A stretch of 42,446 bases of DNA. Source: Patescibacteria group bacterium (lineage in GTDB: Bacteria > Patescibacteriota > Gracilibacteria > UBA1369 > PNNO01). Under the pieces are notes generated by a model. That model saw only the letters and a program-made list of their open reading frames with translations. It was not told the origin of the DNA and ran no database searches. Positions within the stretch are counted from its first letter, which is position 1; the number at the start of each line of letters is the position of its first letter. The translations under genes and the position numbers were made by a program. The stretch is from NCBI GenBank assembly GCA_042568575.1, contig JBHPIO010000011.1, positions 1 through 42,446 of the forward strand. The letters run 5' to 3'. Of the stretch, positions 25,411 to 35,852 are shown piece by piece.

Positions 25411-25860
25411 ATGAAAAGCAAAAGTCTAACACTATATAATGTTATTTTTCCTGTATTTGCAATATGGCTTATAATACCTCAAATATTTATATTAGTACTC
25501 CTCGGGAACTTAATTATTGATGGAGCTGTTATTTCACTTGGACTTTTTTTAAATAAGGCAAAAGTAAAAGTCAAAAAGACACTGGAGTTTATTTTGAAAG
25601 CATGGTTATTTGGACTTTTTGCTGACATTTGTGGAGCTTTACTTTTGTTCTTCATTCCTGTTGAGTCTATTAATATTTGGAATGATAAGCTTTCTCTTTT
25701 TGTACATGTAGGAGTAGTTTTACTTTTTGGATATATAATTTTTCTTTTCAATTATCACATGCTCAAAAAGCACAAACTCGAAGAAGGAATTTGTTTACAC
25801 GTAGCGCTTGGAATGGGAATTATAACCGCTCCTTGGTTTTTTCTTGTACCTTTATATTAA
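25411..25860 (+). CDS. Hypothetical membrane protein
   Basis: Four to five hydrophobic helices, with LYNVIFP...GNLIID...W.FG.FAD...TAPW.FL.P pattern. Confidence 0.7.
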   Translation: MKSKSLTLYNVIFPVFAIWLIIPQIFILVLLGNLIIDGAVISLGLFLNKAKVKVKKTLEFILKAWLFGLFADICGALLLFFIPVESINIWNDKLSLFVHVGVVLLFGYIIFLFNYHMLKKHKLEEGICLHVALGMGIITAPWFFLVPLY

Positions 25861-26588
25861 TAATCGAGAACCAACACATAGTCCCCTTCTTTCACTGAAT
25901 CCCAATCCATATCAAACACCTGACTCCAGTCTTTTTCCTCATAGTTGTTCAAAATTGGATCAATCGGACTTGCAAAATACCAAACGTGCACGCCAACAGG
26001 ATGTCCCGTTATTGAGCGAATAGACGCTGCATCAAGCGATCTAATTTCTGGATACAAATAATCAAAATCAACTAAATCCTCACGCACTTCTGGATTTTGA
26101 AGCTGTGGGATAACGTTGAAACGAAAACATCCAAGCACCTCTTTTGTAGATTTATCAATACTACATCCGTGAACTCTGCAATCATGCGGTCTTGATTCAT
26201 ATACTTCACATAATTTCTCATCATTCAAATAGGGGCAGTCATATTCCATCCCTCGCAAATGTGAGCCAAATTCATGCTGTTTTTTGTAGATCTCCTCTTT
26301 TGTTCCAACAAAAAATCGTTTTCCTTCAGAAAACGGGTTCTTATCTAGTTTATCCTTAATCTTGTTTGCTGCTTTCTGCATCAAACGACGCTGTTGACGA
26401 GACAATTCCTTAAGTCCCATACTCAAATAATGAGCTTCAATGAAAGAAACCGGAAAGAACTGCTCGCAACATTCGCTGCAACTTTCCTTACACGGAAGAA
26501 ACGATAACTTCTCGTATGTTTTGTGACAACGCTCACCAAGCTTAGCAAGTATCGCCTTATACTCCTCAATGTATCTCTCTTCAAGCAT
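25857..26588 (-). CDS. YkgJ-family cysteine cluster (CxxCxxCC) protein
   Basis: CKESCSECC, CPYL...CEVYESRPHDCR. Confidence 0.85.
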   Translation of the reverse strand: MLEERYIEEYKAILAKLGERCHKTYEKLSFLPCKESCSECCEQFFPVSFIEAHYLSMGLKELSRQQRRLMQKAANKIKDKLDKNPFSEGKRFFVGTKEEIYKKQHEFGSHLRGMEYDCPYLNDEKLCEVYESRPHDCRVHGCSIDKSTKEVLGCFRFNVIPQLQNPEVREDLVDFDYLYPEIRSLDAASIRSITGHPVGVHVWYFASPIDPILNNYEEKDWSQVFDMDWDSVKEGDYVLVLDY

Positions 26589-26593
26589 GGAGA

Positions 26594-28084
26594 TTATAAA
26601 TTCTGTAGGTAATTCACTAATAGTCTTACGCCGTATCCTGTTGCCATTGGCTGATCGAATGTTCGTGGTTTTTCAACGTACGCTGTTCCTGCTATGTCAA
26701 GATGCGCCCATTTTGCTTTACCAACAAATTCCTCCAGGAATGCCGCAGCTTTTGAAGTGCCAGCAAGGTAGTTAGATCCATTATCAATATTCCGTAGATC
26801 AGCAAGTTTTCCTTTAATAGTTTTTTTGTAATCTTTATGCAAAGGTAGCTCCCATAAAAGCTCGTCAGTTTCTTTACCGGCATTAATCAAATCATCTTTC
26901 AATTTCTCATCATTCCCCATTACTCCAGCATAATCTGTACCAAGAGCATACAAACAGGCGCCGGTTAACGTAGCTAAATCAATTGTATATTTCGGCTTAT
27001 ACTTCTCAATTCCATATGAAAGAGCGTCTGCAAGAATCATTCTTCCTTCCGCATCAGTATTTCGAACTTCTACAGTTTTGCCCGAATATGTTGTGACAAT
27101 ATCCGAAGGTTTTTGTGCTTTTGAATCAATTAGATTTTCAGTTAAAGGCACCATTCCAACTACTCTTTTCTTAATCCCAAGATCCTTCAAAACTTTAAAC
27201 ACACCAAGCACAACAGCACCACCGGCCATATCCTGCTGCATATCTTCAATATATTTTGTTGGCTTTAAATTATATCCTCCGCTATCAAAAATTACACCTT
27301 TACCAATAATCAAAATTGGTTCATTTGCATCAGACTTCTTTAGCCCTTCTGGATTGTAATCAAGGACAACAAGCTTTGCACTTTGATCTCCAGAACCTTT
27401 ATTTACACTTAAAAAAGATCCCATACCCATCTTTTCAAGAGCGGGTTTTTCAAGAACCGTTACCGAATATTTATTTTGCTTTGCAATCTTTTTAGCTTCT
27501 TTTGCAAAATACTCAACCGTTACAATATTTGGAGGACCATTAACAAGATCTCTCACCATATTGACTGACTCAACCATTTTTGAAACATTTTCAATCTTAT
27601 CTTTAACTGCCTTTGGGAAACTTTTTCCAACAAATTGAAGTCCCGTAAAAAGGTTTTCCTCAGCCTTTTTTGCATCTTTCCCCGTTTTGTATTTTGCTGG
27701 AGTGTAATTAACAAGCATAAGGCCTTCCACGATTTCTTGTACATACTTCTCCAAATCTTCAACAAGATAAAAGGCAACTTTATTATTTAGTTTATTCATA
27801 ATTTTCTTTGTAGCACCTGCAATTCCATCTCGCACATCATTTGATTCCAATTTTGATTTCTTCCCAAGTCCTACAAAATAAATCTTTTTTGGAAGCTTTT
27901 TCGATCCGGTTGTTACTGTTTCTATTTCACCACTTTTCCCGCTAAACAATTTAGCTTCTTTTAAATTCTTAATATATTTACGAAGATTAACATCATATGA
28001 TGAAAGTGTTTTTTGGTCTTCAAGAACCGGACAAATCAGTGCATCTGCCTGAGCATTCAGAGCTGGAGTGTAAGAGATTTTCAT
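26594..28084 (-). CDS. pepA: Leucyl aminopeptidase (M17)
   Basis: GKGVIFDSGGYNLK, DMAGGA, NTDAEGRMILADAL, ATLTGA and WAHLDIAG. Start at 28084 avoids overlap with the upstream gene. Confidence 0.94.
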   Translation of the reverse strand: MKISYTPALNAQADALICPVLEDQKTLSSYDVNLRKYIKNLKEAKLFSGKSGEIETVTTGSKKLPKKIYFVGLGKKSKLESNDVRDGIAGATKKIMNKLNNKVAFYLVEDLEKYVQEIVEGLMLVNYTPAKYKTGKDAKKAEENLFTGLQFVGKSFPKAVKDKIENVSKMVESVNMVRDLVNGPPNIVTVEYFAKEAKKIAKQNKYSVTVLEKPALEKMGMGSFLSVNKGSGDQSAKLVVLDYNPEGLKKSDANEPILIIGKGVIFDSGGYNLKPTKYIEDMQQDMAGGAVVLGVFKVLKDLGIKKRVVGMVPLTENLIDSKAQKPSDIVTTYSGKTVEVRNTDAEGRMILADALSYGIEKYKPKYTIDLATLTGACLYALGTDYAGVMGNDEKLKDDLINAGKETDELLWELPLHKDYKKTIKGKLADLRNIDNGSNYLAGTSKAAAFLEEFVGKAKWAHLDIAGTAYVEKPRTFDQPMATGYGVRLLVNYLQNL

Positions 28085-28136
28085 TTTTGGGATATATTTA
28101 AAAATATTGTGATAAATGTGCTTTACTAGACTAACT

Positions 28137-28559
28137 CTAACGAGCCAAAAATTCAAAGCCTTTTTTTAATATTTCTTTTCCATTCTCGAAAGTCATCTTT
28201 TCGTGTGCCTCTTCATATGAAAGCCACAGGAAATTCTTATGTTCATGAGATAGCGCCACATCTTGATCTGACGCTTCTACAAGGAAATATATGACATCCT
28301 TTGAAATCAATTTTTCTTTATGTTGGAAAAAATAGTGCATTTTTTCACGAAAACCTTCGTGAACTTTTCCATCTTTAATGTCTGTTTCTTCTTCTAACTC
28401 TCTTAAAGCGGTTTCAATTTCTGTCTCATCTTTTTCTACATGACCTTTTGGAAAATCCCAATGTCCTTCAGGATAATGAAGTAGCAAAAATTCATATCCA
28501 TCATCTTTTTTATGATAAACAACAGTTCCGCACGATTTTTCTTTAATAGTGGCAGCCAT
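28137..28559 (-). CDS. NUDIX hydrolase (Ap4A hydrolase-like)
   Basis: WDFPKGHVEKDETEIETALRELEEET Nudix box and LSHEH motif. Confidence 0.9.
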   Translation of the reverse strand: MAATIKEKSCGTVVYHKKDDGYEFLLLHYPEGHWDFPKGHVEKDETEIETALRELEEETDIKDGKVHEGFREKMHYFFQHKEKLISKDVIYFLVEASDQDVALSHEHKNFLWLSYEEAHEKMTFENGKEILKKGFEFLAR

Positions 28560-28570
28560 TCAAATTTTAT

Positions 28571-29272
28571 TTAGAATTTTTCCCAATTAGTTTTTACAAG
28601 TGCATCTCTTGCTGCATCTTCTTCAGCTTTCTGCTTACTTGTTCCCTTTCCTTCTCCGACTTTTCTATCCCCAATGTACGCAGCCATCACAAACTGTTTA
28701 GAGTGATCCGGCCCCGATTCTGTAATCAACCGATACTCAGGGGTTGTATTTGCCTTTTCCTGAGCAAGTTCCTGAAAGTGAGATTTCGCATCAATATGAA
28801 GTCCAGCTTCAAGAATCTCCTCTAATCGCTGAAGGATATGTTCGTCAATAAATTCGTGTGAAACTCTATACCCCTTATCTAAATACAAAGCTCCTATAAT
28901 CGCCTCAAGAGTATTTGCCAGGATGTAATTTTTCTTCCTTCCACCCGACTTTTCTTCTCCCTTACTCAAAAACAGATACTTTCCCAAATCAAGATCAGTA
29001 GCTATCTCAGCTAAATGCTTTCCTTTAACAAGCGCAGAACGCCAGTTTGTAAGATCCCCCTCAGATTTATGAGGATATGTTTTGTATAGGAATTCAGTAA
29101 CTATGAGTTCCAAAACCGCATCTCCAAGAAACTCCAACCTTTCGTTATCTTCTTTTTCTTTTCCTTTATACTCGTTCATGTATGACTTATGAACGAAAGC
29201 CATATCAAGTAATTTCCTGTTTTCAAATGTTATTCCCAGTTTTTTTTCTAATCCTTCATAACGATTTTTCAT
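28571..29272 (-). CDS. rnc: Ribonuclease III
   Basis: NERLEFLGDAVL signature plus C-terminal dsRBD. Confidence 0.97.
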   Translation of the reverse strand: MKNRYEGLEKKLGITFENRKLLDMAFVHKSYMNEYKGKEKEDNERLEFLGDAVLELIVTEFLYKTYPHKSEGDLTNWRSALVKGKHLAEIATDLDLGKYLFLSKGEEKSGGRKKNYILANTLEAIIGALYLDKGYRVSHEFIDEHILQRLEEILEAGLHIDAKSHFQELAQEKANTTPEYRLITESGPDHSKQFVMAAYIGDRKVGEGKGTSKQKAEEDAARDALVKTNWEKF

Positions 29273-29709
29273 GATTTCTTTTTGTTAGTATGATTTGTCA
29301 TTACGGTGCTAAGTACTCCATTAATGAATTTCGGAGAATTAGTATCTCCATATACTTTTGCAATTTCAATCGCTTCGTTAATTGCAACAACAGGCGGGAT
29401 ATCACTTGAAAAAGCTATTTCGCACACACCAATTTCCAGAATTGCACGATCAACTGGAGCAATTTTATCCATTGGCCACTGTGGAGCATATTCCTGAATA
29501 ATCTTAGCAATTTTATCCTTCTTTTCAAGGACACATTTAAGCAAGGCCTCAGGAAAGGTCTTGTCTTCAATCTTTTTAGAAAGTTGGCGAATATTATAGG
29601 CAAGCATAGATGACGGATTCAAATCAGAAATGTCACAATTCTGAAGGAATTCGTATTCAAATATTGTTTGCATTACTGCAATCCTCGCAAGATGACGATA
29701 GCTTGCCAT
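29269..29709 (-). CDS. nusB: Transcription antitermination factor NusB
   Basis: RHLARIAVMQ, DRAILE, VAINEAIEIAK.YG and FINGVL. Confidence 0.96.
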   Translation of the reverse strand: MASYRHLARIAVMQTIFEYEFLQNCDISDLNPSSMLAYNIRQLSKKIEDKTFPEALLKCVLEKKDKIAKIIQEYAPQWPMDKIAPVDRAILEIGVCEIAFSSDIPPVVAINEAIEIAKVYGDTNSPKFINGVLSTVMTNHTNKKKS

Positions 29710-29718
29710 ATTTTCAAG

Positions 29719-29958
29719 TTACGCTTTAACGGTAGTAATTTTTTTGACTTTCTTTTCAAGGTCGAGCACTTGTCTACCTTTGTATTTCCCACATGTTGGG
29801 CAAGCGTGATGTAACATCTTCTGAGCAGAACAATCAGGACATTTAATTAAATGTACACGGTTTTCAAGCTTCTTCCTTACGTTAGCCTGGAATTGACTGT
29901 AACGTCTTTTGGATCTTGCCGGAGATGTTTTCTTTTTAGGAACTGGATGCTTAGCCAT
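29719..29958 (-). CDS. rpmF: 50S ribosomal protein L32
   Basis: PVPKKKTS...CPDC...HHACPTCGKYKGR. Confidence 0.95.
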   Translation of the reverse strand: MAKHPVPKKKTSPARSKRRYSQFQANVRKKLENRVHLIKCPDCSAQKMLHHACPTCGKYKGRQVLDLEKKVKKITTVKA

Positions 29959-29961
29959 TTC

Positions 29962-30498
29962 TTATTTAGGTTTATAAAGATTTTTTAGAGCAGCTAAAGG
30001 TTTTTCTTCGGTTGGATGCTTATCACATGAACAGTTTTCCTCATTCAAATTCGCACCACAAGTTGGACACAAGCCTTTACAGCTCTTAGAGCATACTGGA
30101 ATAGTTTGAAAATGCAAGATTATTTCCTGTCTTAGGAAATCCTCGATATCTACAGTTAATGCTTTCTTATTCACGTAAAAGAGATCAAACATATCTGAAT
30201 CTTCCTTTTCACCCTCGGAGAAATACACCCTTTCTGTGCTTTCCATAGCTATTTTTTGAACAAATCCAGTAGTACATTTACTACATTCAACCTCAAGAGA
30301 AAGTTGCATATTTTCTATAAGCACATGTATCCCCTCCTGAACCTTCATTAAAGTTACATCAGCGGTAATTCTGGATTTTGGCTTTATATTATCTTCAAAT
30401 TTGATTGTATTTTCTTCATCAAATTTAAATTTATATTTCGTACCTTGATTCTCACGAATAAGGCTACCTATATCAAATATATATCCTGTTTGCTTCAT
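29962..30498 (-). CDS. yceD: DUF177/YceD family protein
   Basis: CSKC and CSKSCKGLCPTCGANLN..C.C motifs, directly upstream of rpmF. Confidence 0.9.
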   Translation of the reverse strand: MKQTGYIFDIGSLIRENQGTKYKFKFDEENTIKFEDNIKPKSRITADVTLMKVQEGIHVLIENMQLSLEVECSKCTTGFVQKIAMESTERVYFSEGEKEDSDMFDLFYVNKKALTVDIEDFLRQEIILHFQTIPVCSKSCKGLCPTCGANLNEENCSCDKHPTEEKPLAALKNLYKPK

Positions 30499-31187
30499 GA
30501 TCGTTGACTTAGAATTAATCTTAGAATAAAGATGAACAGATTGAAGATATCAAGGTACAAATGCATCGCTGCTTCGATATATCTGTCCTGTGGAAAACGT
30601 TTAATACGTTGAAAATCATACATTGTGTAGCCAGTAAACAGCAACACTCCAATACCAGCATAAATCATTTCGAAAGTACTTCCCCATGGAATAAAAATCC
30701 CAATCACACCAACAATAATCATCCCAATTAAAGAGACGAACAAAAATCCGCGCATTCCTTCAAGTGACTTTTTCGTTGTATATCCGATTACACCCGCAGC
30801 TGTAAACATCAAGAAAGTTGCAAGAAGTGCTTTGATAACAATTCCAATTCCACCAATAACAGTCGCCATTAACAAAAGTGGCGTAATCGTTATCCCTGTA
30901 AGTAAGGCGAAAAGCGAGAACAGAATATAATTGAGAGGACGGATCGTGCTCCATTTTCTGGATGTAAAAATAAGTGCAAGTTCAGCAATGAACACAACCC
31001 AAATCAAACTCTGATTTGCTATAAAAACCTCAAGGAGATAAGTAAAACCAAACCATACACCAACAGTCGAAACTAAAATTGCCAGTGCAAAACAAAACAT
31101 AACTCTTCCAAAAAAAGTTGGAGTGAATTCTTCGAGCCTTTGAGCGGCAACATCACTTCTTTGTGAAAAAGGATTTTGCTTTAACAT
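30495..31187 (-). CDS. Bax inhibitor-1/YccA family membrane protein
   Basis: Seven TM segments, YDFQRIK and AAMHLYLDIFNLF motifs. Confidence 0.92.
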   Translation of the reverse strand: MLKQNPFSQRSDVAAQRLEEFTPTFFGRVMFCFALAILVSTVGVWFGFTYLLEVFIANQSLIWVVFIAELALIFTSRKWSTIRPLNYILFSLFALLTGITITPLLLMATVIGGIGIVIKALLATFLMFTAAGVIGYTTKKSLEGMRGFLFVSLIGMIIVGVIGIFIPWGSTFEMIYAGIGVLLFTGYTMYDFQRIKRFPQDRYIEAAMHLYLDIFNLFIFILRLILSQRS

Positions 31188-31315
31188 AACTTACGTATTT
31201 TATGATTAAAAATTGTGTTGGTATACTCCACCAAGAGCATCTAGCTTACCTAAACTACCATATTTTGTAAATGGGTGCTATAGTTCCGATAGTTTGTATC
31301 ATTAATGCATGACTT

Positions 31316-32431
31316 ATGTCTAAAAAAATACGTGTAGCAGTCATTTTTGGTGGTAGAAGTGGTGAACATGAAGTGTCAATTATTTCGGCAAAAAATGTTA
31401 TAGAGGCAATGGATCTGGAAAAGTACGATGTTGTCCCTGTTGGCATCACGAAAGAAGGAAAATGGCTCACAGGAGAGAAAGCAATTAAGGCCTTCAAGGA
31501 AAGTGATTATAGTGGACTTAATGAAGTATCTGTAAATACAACCGCAGGAGCAAATGAGCTTATTCATTTCACTGACGGTCATTACGAAAAAATTCATGTT
31601 GATATTTTCATGCCAATCTTGCACGGCCCATATGGTGAAGATGGGACGATTCAGGGACTTTTTGATATGGCTAATGTCCCTTACACAGGATGTGGATGTC
31701 TTGCGTCGTCAGTTGGAATGGACAAATTGATTTCAAAAGCATTATGGGAACAAGCAGGACTTCCTGTTATTCCATACGTTGGAGTTACTAAAAATGCATG
31801 GAAAAGTGATCCTGAAGAAGTAGTTAATAGAGTTGAAAGCGAACTTGGATTCCCTATTTTCGTGAAGCCTTCGAATATGGGATCGTCTGTTGGAATTAGT
31901 AAAGTAAAATCAGCAAAAGAACTTCCTGCGGCAATGGATCTTGCTGCGGAATTTGATCATCGAATATTAATCGAAAAAGGACTTAATATTAGAGAACTTG
32001 AATGTGCGGTTCTTGGGAATGAGAATCCTAAAATAGCTCGTGTCGGAGAAGTTTTAGTTGGTGGGGAATTCTACGATTACAAAGATAAATATGTTGATGG
32101 AATCTCAAAGACACAGGTTCCTGCAGATATTCCTCCTCGTCTTGAAAAAGAAATTCAGGATATGGCTGTAAAAGCATATAGAGTCCTTGATTGTAGCGGA
32201 CTTGCAAGAGTTGATGCATTCTTCGATAAAAAAACTAAGGAAATATATCTTAATGAAATTAATACACTTCCCGGATTCACTGCAATTAGTATGTATCCGA
32301 AGATGTGGGAAGCTTCTGGCCTACCTTATCCAAAGTTGATTGATAGAATTATCGAACTTGGATTTGAGCGATTTAAGGAACAAAACGAGAAAAAAGTTTC
32401 GTTTGAAGATGCTGGAGATTGGTTTAAATAA
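31316..32431 (+). CDS. ddl: D-alanine--D-alanine ligase
   Basis: FGGRSGEHEVS, LHGPYGEDG, GSSVG, FYDY..KY and NEINTLPGFT..SMYP. Confidence 0.96.
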   Translation: MSKKIRVAVIFGGRSGEHEVSIISAKNVIEAMDLEKYDVVPVGITKEGKWLTGEKAIKAFKESDYSGLNEVSVNTTAGANELIHFTDGHYEKIHVDIFMPILHGPYGEDGTIQGLFDMANVPYTGCGCLASSVGMDKLISKALWEQAGLPVIPYVGVTKNAWKSDPEEVVNRVESELGFPIFVKPSNMGSSVGISKVKSAKELPAAMDLAAEFDHRILIEKGLNIRELECAVLGNENPKIARVGEVLVGGEFYDYKDKYVDGISKTQVPADIPPRLEKEIQDMAVKAYRVLDCSGLARVDAFFDKKTKEIYLNEINTLPGFTAISMYPKMWEASGLPYPKLIDRIIELGFERFKEQNEKKVSFEDAGDWFK

Positions 32432-32530
32432 TTTCAATTTTTGTCAAAGAATTGCTATTTTCTTGACCATAGTGAAGGCTTTCTATAAAATGGTTAGGCT
32501 TCACATAGGGCATATTTTCATTCTTCATTA

Positions 32531-33781
32531 ATGGCTATTTTTACACGCAAAACACGGGGTGGTAGAAACATCTACCTTGCACTTGATATCGGGACAGAAG
32601 TTGTTAAAGCTCTTGTTTGCCTTTCTGAAGATACAAAAGGACGTATTTTAGGTGTAGGAAAACACAAGCAAAAACTTGGCGATATGCAAAGTGGAGCTGT
32701 GACAGATATTGGCGGAGTCATTAGAAACTGCCATAAAGCCATTAAAGATGCAGAGCGTATGGCGGGAGTTTCTGCTGATCAGATGATTATGGGGATCGCA
32801 GGTGAACTTGTAAAAGGGGCAACAACAACGCTCTCTTACACTCGCCGCGAACCAAATACAAAAATTGATTTATCAGAACTCAAAAATATCGTCCATAAAA
32901 TTCAGTGGAAAGCTTTTGATAAAGTTAGAAGCGATCTTGCTTTTGAAACAGGATATAACGAGATTGATGTAAAACTTGTGAATGCGGCTATTGTTGACGT
33001 TCAAATTGATAGTTATAAAGTTTCAAATCCAATCGGATTTCAGGGAAAAGATGTTGATATAAGTATTTTCAATGCATTTGCTCCTCTTGTTCATTTTGGA
33101 GCTCTCCAAACAATTGCAGCCGAACTTGATAAGAACCTTTTGGCAGTTACAGCCGAGCCCTATGCCGTTGCAAGATGCCTAGGAAACGAAGATGGAGGCA
33201 ACTTCTCGGGAATTTTTGTTGATATTGGAGGAGGCACAACCGACGTTGCAATCGTTAGAAACGGTGGCGTTGAAGGAACACGAATGTTCACGCTCGGAGG
33301 AAGAACTTTCACAAAAAGACTTGCTCAGAGTTTAAATATTTCTTTCGATGAGGCAGAACAAATCAAGCTTGCATACAGCGGCGATAAATTAGAAAAACAA
33401 TCATATAAAATCGTACGTGAGGCAATGAAAAGTGATTGCGAAGTATGGCTATCTGGAGTAGCTCTAACGCTTGCGGAATTCGAAGGAATTGATGTACTCC
33501 CCTCCCGAATTTTGCTTTGTGGAGGCGGTTCACATCTTCCTGAAATTAAAGAAGTATTAGAAACACGTGAATGGTTCCGAAAGCTTCCTTTCACTCAAAA
33601 ACCGATAATTAGCTTTATCGAACCTAAGATGGTGAGTAATATGATGGATGAAACTAAACAACTCAAAGATCCTCAAGATATTACACCAATGTCACTCGCA
33701 AATCTTGGACTCGAATATATTGGAGAAGAGAAGGTTTTGTCGAAAATCCTAAGAAAAATTGTTCGTTTGATGCAAATTTAA
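32531..33781 (+). CDS. FtsA-like actin-fold ATPase
   Basis: LALDIGTEVVK, VDIGGGTTD and LCGGGSHL. Divergent from canonical FtsA and not next to ftsZ. Confidence 0.8.
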   Translation: MAIFTRKTRGGRNIYLALDIGTEVVKALVCLSEDTKGRILGVGKHKQKLGDMQSGAVTDIGGVIRNCHKAIKDAERMAGVSADQMIMGIAGELVKGATTTLSYTRREPNTKIDLSELKNIVHKIQWKAFDKVRSDLAFETGYNEIDVKLVNAAIVDVQIDSYKVSNPIGFQGKDVDISIFNAFAPLVHFGALQTIAAELDKNLLAVTAEPYAVARCLGNEDGGNFSGIFVDIGGGTTDVAIVRNGGVEGTRMFTLGGRTFTKRLAQSLNISFDEAEQIKLAYSGDKLEKQSYKIVREAMKSDCEVWLSGVALTLAEFEGIDVLPSRILLCGGGSHLPEIKEVLETREWFRKLPFTQKPIISFIEPKMVSNMMDETKQLKDPQDITPMSLANLGLEYIGEEKVLSKILRKIVRLMQI

Positions 33782-33790
33782 CAACCGCTT

Positions 33791-35671
33791 ATGAACCCTA
33801 GAAAAAACACAAGCAAAGATAAAGATGATAAACCTAAGGCAAAGAAGGCATCATCTCCAGTGATGAAAAAAAGAAGTATAACGAAACCGGAAGTTGATCC
33901 TGTTAAAGAGGCACTGCTTAGAGAAAAAATCATATCCAAGAAGAAGGTTCTTTTTAGTGAGATCGACGATGAAATAACATCAATTTATGACAAGCTCAAG
34001 AAATATAAAATGAGAAATATTTATGTTGTTGTTCCAAAACGAGCGATTCTCTTTCAAAGTGTTGTTAACTTGCGAATATTAAAAAGAAAATCAGAAGATT
34101 TAAATAAGAATGTTTATATTATTACGAACGACCATAATGGAATGCAGCTTGCTCAGAGAGCTGGATTCACCGTTTTTGATAAACTTGAAGGAAGTGAGCA
34201 TCCATCACTTGTTTCAGGAAAGCTGAATGATGATCAACTTAAAATCACTCCTCTTGAAGCGAGTATTAATACATTTGAAGATGAAACTCCAACAAGAATG
34301 AAATCTAAGAAGATATCGATTGCGGAATTAATCCGAAGAACAAAAAAGACTCAGGACGTTCCAAAAAAACGGCTTACTGGTGCTGCAGCAGCAAAGAAAG
34401 AAAAACGAACGAAAGAAAAAAACCGTTATGTGCTTGTGTCTCCAAACAGACAAGCTCTTACAATTCTGGTAACAATTACTGTTCTAGTTCTAATCTTAAT
34501 TACGTATATCGCGCTACCAGGAGCAACAGTTTATCTAACACCAAAGTCAGATACCATCTCAATTTCTAAAAATATTACACTGGCCGATGTCACGACAAAT
34601 CAGTCATATCTTGATACGCATCCAACAGACGTAATCGCAAGTTTCCCAGTTGAAATAAACATCCAGAAATCAGTGACTTATTATACGAGCGGACAAAAGT
34701 TTGAAGGCAAAAATGCTACGGGAACATTAACGATCTTTAATTCATCAGGACGAGAATGGCCACTGGTTGAGCAAACACGGTTCCAAACTAATGAAGGGCT
34801 CGTATATCGTATTCAACAAGGAGTAACCGTGCCGTCCGGAGGCCTTAGTGGAGCCGGCACTTTAGATGTATTTGTAGTCGCAGACGAACTTGATGCAAAT
34901 GGACTTATTATTGGTGAAAGGGGCAATATTGGGTCGACAGGATTCTTCCTTCCAGGACTTTCCGAAGATAACAGGCAAAAGCTTTATGCCGAAAGTACTA
35001 CTGGCTTTACTGGAGGAGAAACAATCACTCATAAAATGGTTTCCGTAGAGGATCTTGATGCAGCAAAGGGCAAAATGGAAGCTGAGATTATTAACTCCGC
35101 AGAAGAAGAACTCAAAAAGGAAGTGCTAAAAATGAACGAGGAACAAAACATGGAACTTGTGCTGCTACTGGGTGATGGATCAATGAAACTTGGCGAACCT
35201 TCTGTAACTATCCCAGAAGGACTTGAAGGACAAATGATCGAGCAATTTGATGTATCAGGGACACTTTCTGCTAAAGGAATCGCATATAATCACAACGAAC
35301 TTGTAAATATTCTACGAAATAGATTGAAGCTTTCTAAGAGTCCAGAAAAGAAACTCCTTAAAATTGATACTGAAAGCATTTCATATCGTTTAATTCATAT
35401 TGAAGAAGGCGCAGATCCAACAAGGCAAACGATCACGGCAACCATCAAAGGAATTGAACAATATGAATTAAGTGAAGATCGCGAGAACGGGCGAAGACTT
35501 ATCGAAAATATTAAGAATCACATAGTTGGAAAAAGCATTGAAGAAGCTGAAAATTACATTCAGCAGCTTCCGGCAATCAATAAAGTGGAGATAAACAGCT
35601 GGCCTGCGTGGTCGCCAAACATCCCATCCGTTCCAGATAATATTAAGATTGAGGTTGTGCAGGATTTGTAG
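33791..35671 (+). CDS. Single-TM protein with baseplate-J-like extracytoplasmic region (CPR-type, paired with FtsA-like gene)
   Basis: Basic cytoplasmic N-terminus (DDEITSIYDKL...LFQSVVNLRILK), one TM helix, then ATGTLTIFN...TRFQT..GL.Y, GERGNI and FTGG motifs. Confidence 0.7.
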   Translation: MNPRKNTSKDKDDKPKAKKASSPVMKKRSITKPEVDPVKEALLREKIISKKKVLFSEIDDEITSIYDKLKKYKMRNIYVVVPKRAILFQSVVNLRILKRKSEDLNKNVYIITNDHNGMQLAQRAGFTVFDKLEGSEHPSLVSGKLNDDQLKITPLEASINTFEDETPTRMKSKKISIAELIRRTKKTQDVPKKRLTGAAAAKKEKRTKEKNRYVLVSPNRQALTILVTITVLVLILITYIALPGATVYLTPKSDTISISKNITLADVTTNQSYLDTHPTDVIASFPVEINIQKSVTYYTSGQKFEGKNATGTLTIFNSSGREWPLVEQTRFQTNEGLVYRIQQGVTVPSGGLSGAGTLDVFVVADELDANGLIIGERGNIGSTGFFLPGLSEDNRQKLYAESTTGFTGGETITHKMVSVEDLDAAKGKMEAEIINSAEEELKKEVLKMNEEQNMELVLLLGDGSMKLGEPSVTIPEGLEGQMIEQFDVSGTLSAKGIAYNHNELVNILRNRLKLSKSPEKKLLKIDTESISYRLIHIEEGADPTRQTITATIKGIEQYELSEDRENGRRLIENIKNHIVGKSIEEAENYIQQLPAINKVEINSWPAWSPNIPSVPDNIKIEVVQDL

Positions 35672-35852
35672 AAGCTGCTCCAAATTTGACTAAAATCGCA
35701 AAACCATCTTGATTCTACAATAAAAGATGTGATTTAATTGTGCCTAAAATTGAGATTAAACCTACCCAGAAATCTGGAGTGGGAATTGTTTGGACCTTTG
35801 AAAACCTCAGAACTGCAGAACAGGAATCTACACTGGAAGGGAGAAAGGTAAA

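Noticed and set aside
29269-30498. Alternative genetic code 25 (TGA=Gly) as in some Gracilibacteria
   Set aside because: Conserved genes are intact under code 11, and TGA serves as stop in ATGA overlaps (nusB/rnc, BI-1/yceD).
33791-35671. Prophage, suggested by the baseplate-J-like similarity
   Set aside because: The protein is membrane-anchored and sits among housekeeping genes, with no other phage genes.
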